From Chitinophagales bacterium (GTDB lineage Bacteria > Bacteroidota > Bacteroidia > Chitinophagales > CAVYQA01): DNA of 64,000 bases. Location: the NCBI GenBank assembly GCA_963770495.1, contig CAVYQA010000030.1, forward strand, positions 201,701 through 265,700. The letters run 5' to 3'. Shown piece after piece: positions 29,933 through 36,097 of this stretch. The position numbers and the translations under genes are program-made. Under the pieces are notes generated by a model. It had not been told where the DNA came from and ran no database searches. It worked only from the letters and a program-made list of their open reading frames with translations. Every line of letters starts with the position of its first letter. Within the stretch, counting starts at the first letter, position 1.

Positions 29933-30993
29933 GAAAGGAAATAAAAAATATATCTATATTTAATTCTAAATACGGAATACCGTTTACTATGGACAGAGTA
30001 GATTATCAATCAATGGTTATTCAGGATATAATAACATTGAACAAAAAAGGGGAATTAAATAAAACTCCTTGGTATCAAAGAAGGTCAGTTTGGAATACCC
30101 CTCAACAATCTTATTTGATAAATACCCTTTTGGAAAGAAAACCAATACCCGCAATTTATATTCGCTATTCTCTTGACCTTGAAAAGGGCGTAACAATAAA
30201 AGAGGTTGTAGATGGACAACAACGAGTAACTGCAATAATTGATTATATTGATAATGATAAATTTACCTCTTTTCATCCCGATTTAAAAAAGCGAGTAAAG
30301 TTTTCAAAATTATCCCCTATTCAACGAGAGAGATTTTTATTGACGGCTATCCCTGTGGGCTATTTGTTAGGAGCAAATGACGCAGATGTTATTGATATTT
30401 TTGCCCGTATTAATTCGGTTGCTAAAACCCTCAATAAGCAGGAAAAAAGAAATGCCTTATATAGCGGAGAATTTAAACAATTTGCTGTAAATGAATCTAC
30501 AAAGAGAGTAGAATTTTGGAAAGATTATCAAATATTTACCGGTAATAGTATCGCAAGAATGGATGAAGTACAATTTATTTCAGATGTTACTATTAATTTC
30601 ATAGAGGGCATTATAGCCTTTAATCAATCTAAAATTGATAAATATTATAAAGAGAATGAAGATGCGTTTGCAGAAAGTGAGGATATTTCAAAAAGATTTA
30701 ATAAAATTTTTGACGTTTTATTATCGTTAAATCCTAACACAATTAAACAAACTATATTTTTTAGGCAACCAATATTCTTTTCATTAATGCTTGTAATTGA
30801 CAGGATTAAAAAACCAAATATAAATATTATTCAAAAGGGACTTACAGAAATAGATAATAGATTTAATAGTGATGTTCCACTTGATAAAAGAACAAAGGAT
30901 GATTTAAATTTTTATAATGCCTGTTCGGCTACCACTCAATCATCTGAAAATAGAAAAACAAGAGATAAATATATAAGTAAATTTATTGAATAG
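29929..30993 (+). CDS. DUF262 (ParB/Srx-like NTPase/nuclease) domain protein without a DUF1524/HNH module
   Basis: TPWYQRRSVWNTPQQSYLINTLLERKPIPAIYI and VVDGQQRVTAIIDYI (DGQQR signature), then FARINSVAKTLNKQEKRNALY. At 354 aa there is no C-terminal His-Me nuclease motif visible. Confidence 0.75.
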   Translation: MRKEIKNISIFNSKYGIPFTMDRVDYQSMVIQDIITLNKKGELNKTPWYQRRSVWNTPQQSYLINTLLERKPIPAIYIRYSLDLEKGVTIKEVVDGQQRVTAIIDYIDNDKFTSFHPDLKKRVKFSKLSPIQRERFLLTAIPVGYLLGANDADVIDIFARINSVAKTLNKQEKRNALYSGEFKQFAVNESTKRVEFWKDYQIFTGNSIARMDEVQFISDVTINFIEGIIAFNQSKIDKYYKENEDAFAESEDISKRFNKIFDVLLSLNPNTIKQTIFFRQPIFFSLMLVIDRIKKPNINIIQKGLTEIDNRFNSDVPLDKRTKDDLNFYNACSATTQSSENRKTRDKYISKFIE

Positions 30994-31613
30994 TGCCGTC
31001 TGTAAATATTAATACCACTCACAAAAGAGGTATTGTAGATATTGGAAATTTAACTAATTATATTACTGATTCAGTAACATTAGAAGCCAAATATCAGTAT
31101 ATGATTGGCGAAGTAGTTATGCTAAGATTGTTTGGAATTTTAGAACATTCTATTGCTGAAATTGCCCTTAAATTAGCATGTGGTTGTAATTATAGAAACG
31201 GTAAAAATCCATTGGTTAAAAAACAATGTCGTAGCATGAGGGATGCTTTTTCTAATATGCTTGTATATAATAGAAGGAAACCAAAAAATCCAATGGATTT
31301 AAAGTGGACAAAGGCAAACTTGATAAAGGAAAGTATAGAACATGTATTAGATACTAATGATAGTTTTTATAATCAAATTCAAATTCATAATGCGGTAATT
31401 GATGAAATGAGAAGGATACGGAATCATGTTGCACATCGCTCTAATGGCACAAAAAAAGAATTTATTAGTATCCAGCAAAATATATATAACGGCAAAGTGG
31501 GTTTAACTATGGGGGCTTTTTTAGTATCTACTTCTCGTCACGCCACCTCAAACATTCAAAGATATATAGGAACTACAACTATTATTTTAAATGATATAAC
31601 AAGCGGAATATGA
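30993..31613 (+). CDS. Hypothetical protein with an Rx4H (HEPN-like) motif
   Basis: ..EMRRIRNHVAHRSNG.. contains R-N-x-x-A-H in an all-helical-looking context. The GTG start overlaps the DUF262 stop (TAGTG at 30991-30995). The start codon is uncertain. Confidence 0.4.
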   Translation: MPSVNINTTHKRGIVDIGNLTNYITDSVTLEAKYQYMIGEVVMLRLFGILEHSIAEIALKLACGCNYRNGKNPLVKKQCRSMRDAFSNMLVYNRRKPKNPMDLKWTKANLIKESIEHVLDTNDSFYNQIQIHNAVIDEMRRIRNHVAHRSNGTKKEFISIQQNIYNGKVGLTMGAFLVSTSRHATSNIQRYIGTTTIILNDITSGI

Positions 31614-31744
31614 AAGAAGAACAAAGGAAAAAGAAAACTAAATCAAAGCGACAACGGAACGAAAAGCCATTAAAGGTAGATATGCCTTTTGAGGAATTAA
31701 TGAGCCGGATAGTAAGAGTTAAACCAAAACATAAAAATCCTTAA
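31610..31744 (+). CDS. 44-aa highly basic micro-ORF (not in the ORF track)
   Basis: My own translation gives MKEEQRKKKTKSKRQRNEKPLKVDMPFEELMSRIVRVKPKHKNP. Its ATG overlaps the upstream stop (ATGA at 31610-31613). Its stop lies 2 nt before the next ATG (31747). Confidence 0.4.
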   Translation: MKEEQRKKKTKSKRQRNEKPLKVDMPFEELMSRIVRVKPKHKNP

Positions 31745-31746
31745 CT

Positions 31747-32205
31747 ATGATAAAATATTTGAAATCACACTCCCAAATCATACTTGCAATACTTTCCCCC
31801 TTATCCACAATCATTTTTGGATTAATGGCTGAGTGGGATAAAATCACTAACTCAAAGGTTCTATCATTTCATAATGTTTTCACTTACTTGTTTTGGATAG
31901 GCATTGTTTGGACAATAATCTATGTTCAGAACTTGTTTTTTCAGGGTGTTAATCTTAAAAAGCTAAAAAAAGAAATTGATGCGGATAATGCTTACAAATT
32001 TGCTGAATTGAGAAAGGACATAAATTTAGAATTTAGGTATATGCGCCTTTTATCTCGTATGAATAGTGGATTAGAATGGCATCACGATAGTATGGTAACA
32101 AGTCGCAATATGAATTTTGATAATAATTATACGGCAGATGAAAAAATATTTTTAAGAGATTATAGACAAAGATTTAATCAAGTTTATGGACACGGTAATT
32201 ATTAA
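31747..32205 (+). CDS. Small 2-TM membrane protein with a helical cytoplasmic tail
   Basis: Two hydrophobic helices (IILAILSPLSTIIFGLMA; FTYLFWIGIVWTIIYV) followed by a charged ~85-aa tail. It is the last cistron of the coupled cassette. Confidence 0.5.
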   Translation: MIKYLKSHSQIILAILSPLSTIIFGLMAEWDKITNSKVLSFHNVFTYLFWIGIVWTIIYVQNLFFQGVNLKKLKKEIDADNAYKFAELRKDINLEFRYMRLLSRMNSGLEWHHDSMVTSRNMNFDNNYTADEKIFLRDYRQRFNQVYGHGNY

Positions 32206-32397
32206 GGCGTTCTTTGAATGATTAAAAATTAAAAAATGGCTACAAATTTGACAGGCAGATATTTATTTCGTGGGTGTGTCAAGTGAGTAGTTCCCAAAAT
32301 AAAATTAATCTCGACTTTAAGTAAGCAACAATTAAAGGAAATATTAAATGATTTTATTCAATCAGGAGATATAAGTAAAAATTATTGGTTTAGGAAC

Positions 32398-32787
32398 ATG
32401 AATATAAAGAAAAAGTATATTGGTGAAGTATATAACAATGAGTTTATAATAGAGCCTCCTGTTAATTTTTTTTATTCACCTGCCTTTCAGGTCCAAGGAG
32501 AAATTTTGGAGAATAAAAGTTCTATTTTTGTGAATTTAAAATTTAAATTACCGTCTCGGTTTGCAATTGTATTATTATTGGGTTTTCTTGCTTGTTCTAT
32601 TATTATCCCATTTATTTATCATTTATTTCAGGATGATACAATAAATAGTAGATTCCTACCCCTATTAATTATGATTCCATTCCTTGCTTACTTCGTGACG
32701 ATAATATCATTTAATGTTGAATTGAATTTGTTTATCAAACGATTTAGTAATGTTCAGCCGTGGCAGGTGTTCTGGGTTGAAAATTGA
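32398..32787 (+). CDS. Hypothetical 2-TM protein whose 3' end is encoded by a REP hairpin
   Basis: Hydrophobic segments FAIVLLLGFLACSIIIPFIY and LPLLIMIPFLAYFVTIISF. The last ~11 codons (..QPWQVFWVEN) lie inside the repeat at 32753-32803. Confidence 0.4.
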   Translation: MNIKKKYIGEVYNNEFIIEPPVNFFYSPAFQVQGEILENKSSIFVNLKFKLPSRFAIVLLLGFLACSIIIPFIYHLFQDDTINSRFLPLLIMIPFLAYFVTIISFNVELNLFIKRFSNVQPWQVFWVEN

Positions 32788-33441
32788 AAAGCCCACCTGC
32801 CACTGAAGTGCAGGTAAATAATGCGCTTTTTATATTTGTGCATGGAACCGGATAAACTTTATTTCTTTACTGCTACCATATTAGAATGGAAACCGTTATT
32901 GAAAGAAGATATCTTTAAGGATATAGTAATGGATAGCTTAAAGTTTTTAGTAAAGGAGAAAAGAATATTGCTGAGAGCATTTGTAATAATGCCCAATCAC
33001 ATACACCTGATGTGGAACATACTCACACCTAATAAACCATCAGATGTTCAGCGTGATTTTCTGAAATATACTTCGCAGCAGATAATTACAATACTGAAAA
33101 ACCGTAATGATGGTTATTGGCTTAATCAACTAAAAGTAAAAGCTGTTGATCGCCGCTACCAGGTTTGGGAACGCCGGCCGTTGGCAATAGAATTATATAC
33201 TCCTGACGTTAAATTCCAAAAATTAAAGTATATTCACCATAATCCTGTGCAGGAAAAATGGCAATTATGTAAGCTGCCTGAAGAGTATAAATATAGTTCA
33301 GCGGAGTTTTATTATTTGGAGAAACAGGAAGGGGATTTTATAACTCATTATTTGGAATATGGAATGTAGAAAGTATATGGCTCGGCTGCGGTGGCAGGTG
33401 GGCTTAGCTTTTTCCTTTGCTGAACACCTGCCACGGCTGAA
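32753..33441. mobile_element. Second REPtron-like unit: a Y1 transposase gene between two inverted REP hairpins
   Basis: The outer arm TTCAGCCGTGGCAGGTGTTC (32753-32772) is the reverse complement of 33422-33441 (20/20). The inner arm AAGCCCACCTGCCAC (32789-32803) is the reverse complement of 33391-33405 (15/15). Each side folds as GTGGCAGGTG / CACCTGCCAC. Confidence 0.75.
32821..33369 (+). CDS. REP-associated tyrosine (Y1, HUH) transposase-like protein, second type
   Basis: ..KLYFFTATILEWKPLL.., HUH motif IMPNHIHLMW, and YIHHNPVQEKWQL..YKYSSAEFYY. The start may be the internal ATG at 32842. Confidence 0.75.
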   Translation: MRFLYLCMEPDKLYFFTATILEWKPLLKEDIFKDIVMDSLKFLVKEKRILLRAFVIMPNHIHLMWNILTPNKPSDVQRDFLKYTSQQIITILKNRNDGYWLNQLKVKAVDRRYQVWERRPLAIELYTPDVKFQKLKYIHHNPVQEKWQLCKLPEEYKYSSAEFYYLEKQEGDFITHYLEYGM

Positions 33442-33715
33442 GTTTCTGCACTATTTCATAAGCCATAAATCGTTTTCCATTACTTACATATTGATTAATG
33501 CTTTTAGCGGTGTTGGCAATATGAATAAGCGCATGAACATGATTAGGCATAATTACAAAAGCGGCAATATTATTTCCGTCGCGTTTTAACGCATCAAACC
33601 AGTTGAATACAGATTGATAAGCATTTGCAATTTCAAATAGCGAAATCCATTTATGACAGGTTATAGAAATAAAATATATCCCTTCACCCTTTTCAATTTT
33701 TCTTCTGACAGTCAT
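33404..33715 (-). pseudogene. Truncated paralogue of the 27788..28381 Y1 transposase
   Basis: It aligns with the full-length copy over GIYFISITCHKWISLF..IMPNHVHALI..SNGKRFMAYEIVQKL. It then diverges into REP-encoded QPWQVFSKGKS and stops at 103 aa, against 197 aa for the full copy. Confidence 0.7.
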
Positions 33716-33965
33716 AAATCACACGAAATAATATTGCAAATTAATTATTTTCATGAAGTAAAAACGCAAAGTCCCTAAAAAGGAGACTTTGCGGGAACGG
33801 AAGGATAAGGCGATGGTGTACCGCCTGATTGATTCTATCGTCACCAAAAAAAAGTTTAAGGATTTCTTCGCCCAAAATATGGCGGCGCAATAACTTTTAG
33901 TGTGGAGTGCGGACACTCCACACGGCGGGGTAGTGATAATCTGGAACACTACCGAACTCTCCACC

Positions 33966-35090
33966 TTATTTCAGTATTTCATATTTATAATAATAATAGA
34001 AACAACTATTATCACCAAGCTTAGAACTGCCTTTACAATCACTTACTTCCGTTAATAGATTTTTTTTGTACCAATACATTCTATTGTCAAACGTATCAAT
34101 ACCGTTGTTGTCGAGGCTATAATGTTGATAAGTATGTCCGACTAATTTATGATCAGTATTATAATCGTATTGATCTTGAATGGCTATTTTACCATCATCA
34201 TAATACCACATCCTTGCATATTCAGTTAGATAATCATTTATATATTCTTGCTTATCCGGGTCGATGTATCCATGTAAATATTCAAAATATTCATCCGATA
34301 TCTTTCTTCCTAATGAATTATATTCACTAATATATTTGTAATAAAATTCAGGAGAACTGGGCAGTTCGAGTATTTTTCCGACTGTGTCTGTGAATTTATT
34401 AATGCTTCCATCACTTGCCGTATCCCATCGCTCACTAAACTTTAAGGAATCATATTTACAATATTCTTTTATAAAGCTGCCTTTAAGTTTCTTTGTAATA
34501 ATTAAATAATCATTTAGATGGAACGAATCTATTCTAATAATTCTATTTGGGTTTCCTGAAATTATAGTATCCTGATCCAATAGTTTTCCAGTGCTGCTAT
34601 AATACTTGAATAAATATGTTACCCAATTATAATCTTCAGATATTTTTTCGGGTTTTAAAACTACATTTACATCTCCACCGGTATACTGTCCAAATTTCGG
34701 TCCCAAATAATCACCTTTCAAATCGTATTTTAAAACTTCGCCATTATTAGTCTTAAACATCCTTGGATAATAAGTAACATAAATAGATTGTATCGTTTTA
34801 TCCTTGTTGTAAGAAAAAGTTAATTCCTTATCAATTGAATCATGGTTAGTAATATCAATACCCTGTATATCATTATAGAGAAAACCATTCATATATATTT
34901 GTTGACGAACAGGCATCAAATGATTGGTGTCACTTCCACAGAGCGTAGTTACCTGAATTTTATTAAATTTGATTAAATCCGAATCGCAATAATTAAATTG
35001 CAGATTCAAAAATGAATCATACTTAAATTGGGCGCATACTAATTTGGGAGATAATAATAGTAAAGCGGCAAAAGCAATTATTTTATTCAT
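33966..35090 (-). CDS. Secreted hypothetical protein downstream of the RHS toxin tip (possible immunity or accessory protein)
   Basis: Signal peptide MNKIIAFAALLLLSPKLVCAQ from the ATG at 35090, which lies 8 nt after the upstream stop. No recognisable motif. Confidence 0.5.
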   Translation of the reverse strand: MNKIIAFAALLLLSPKLVCAQFKYDSFLNLQFNYCDSDLIKFNKIQVTTLCGSDTNHLMPVRQQIYMNGFLYNDIQGIDITNHDSIDKELTFSYNKDKTIQSIYVTYYPRMFKTNNGEVLKYDLKGDYLGPKFGQYTGGDVNVVLKPEKISEDYNWVTYLFKYYSSTGKLLDQDTIISGNPNRIIRIDSFHLNDYLIITKKLKGSFIKEYCKYDSLKFSERWDTASDGSINKFTDTVGKILELPSSPEFYYKYISEYNSLGRKISDEYFEYLHGYIDPDKQEYINDYLTEYARMWYYDDGKIAIQDQYDYNTDHKLVGHTYQHYSLDNNGIDTFDNRMYWYKKNLLTEVSDCKGSSKLGDNSCFYYYYKYEILK

Positions 35091-35098
35091 ACATATAA

Positions 35099-36057
35099 TC
35101 AAGGATTATTTGTAGGGGGCAACTGTTGAGGAATAAATGTACCTGTTTTTGTTGTTTCCTGTATTGGCATAACCGAACCTCCAGTACCTTGAGTTTTTAT
35201 AATTAAACTCGGCGGTAGCTTGTTTGTACCTATTTGTACAGGCGCTGCTCCCTTGCCGGGGGCAGGAAGATTATTAGAGGCAGGTACAACCAAATCATTT
35301 CTCATGCCCGCAGGATTTGGAGTTGCTCCGTTAAATACGATAAAAGGTTTACCGTTAATACCCTCATAATAAGCAAAATTTCTGTGCACTATACCGCCCA
35401 ATTGATTAATTCCACCAGTTATACCTTGCAGTGCTTCTTGTTTTGTAATTAATTTTCTGTTTGTGGGGTCAACACCATTATAATCATTTTGATACATAGG
35501 ATCATAAAATCTTGGTGTATTTGCCCTATTTACAACTTCATTTTTCTGCTCATCATTTAAACTATTCCAGGCACCTGTTTTTTGTCTAGTTGCACTAAAA
35601 GAAACGTTTCCTTGATCATTTATTGTGTAAAAATTGTCCTGATTATCATGGGTTCTAACTATTGCAAGTAAATTTCCCTGAGCATCTCTATAAAAATTAT
35701 CAAGTGCCCCTTTCCATTTGGGTCAATTTTTCTTATTGGGTCATCCAATACAAAAACGTAGGAACTCCAACCTGGATATTTCCGAAAATCTGGATCAACA
35801 GATTTAAAAATATTTAATCTTGAATCATAAATTCTCGCTCCAAAGTCTAAAATATTCCCGTTGCCTTCAATATCATTATCCTTATATTTTCCGTTGAAAC
35901 CAAAATGGTAACTTGTGTCATCAGACAGAGAGAAATTCCTACCGGGTTCAAGCATACCGCCCGTATAGTAATCCTGCGTAGCGTAACCCTTATCCCAATT
36001 GATTTTCACTGGATTCATGGGTAGTAAAAATATGTCAAAAATGGCAGTTTTATGCAA
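35099..36057 (-). pseudogene. Orphan RHS repeat-associated core and C-terminal toxin tip, split by a 1-nt frameshift
   Basis: ..YYTGGMLEPGRNF..YHFGFNGKYKDNDIEG..LDFGARIYDSRLNIFKSVDP..DPNGK is the RHS-core signature. Switching to the -1 frame between 35662 and 35722 continues as ..GALDNFYRDAQGNLL... into ORF 35099..35497. No RHS shell lies upstream. Confidence 0.65.
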
Positions 36058-36097
36058 TTATATATTTACTCTTTTTGCCATTGCAGTAATGATACCT

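Noticed and set aside
28900-32259. Possible IS1595 terminal inverted repeats (TCTGCCatTTCAgtatAAATTT at 28900-28921 versus the reverse complement of 32244-32259)
   Set aside because: The match needs gaps and is short and A+T-rich. The flanking 8-mers (gcaatagg / tatttatt) give no target-site duplication, so the evidence is insufficient to call element ends.
33719-33964. 81-aa minus-strand ORF between the truncated Y1 gene and the secreted-protein gene
   Set aside because: It covers degenerate REP sequence and a perfect GC hairpin, so it is most likely non-coding.
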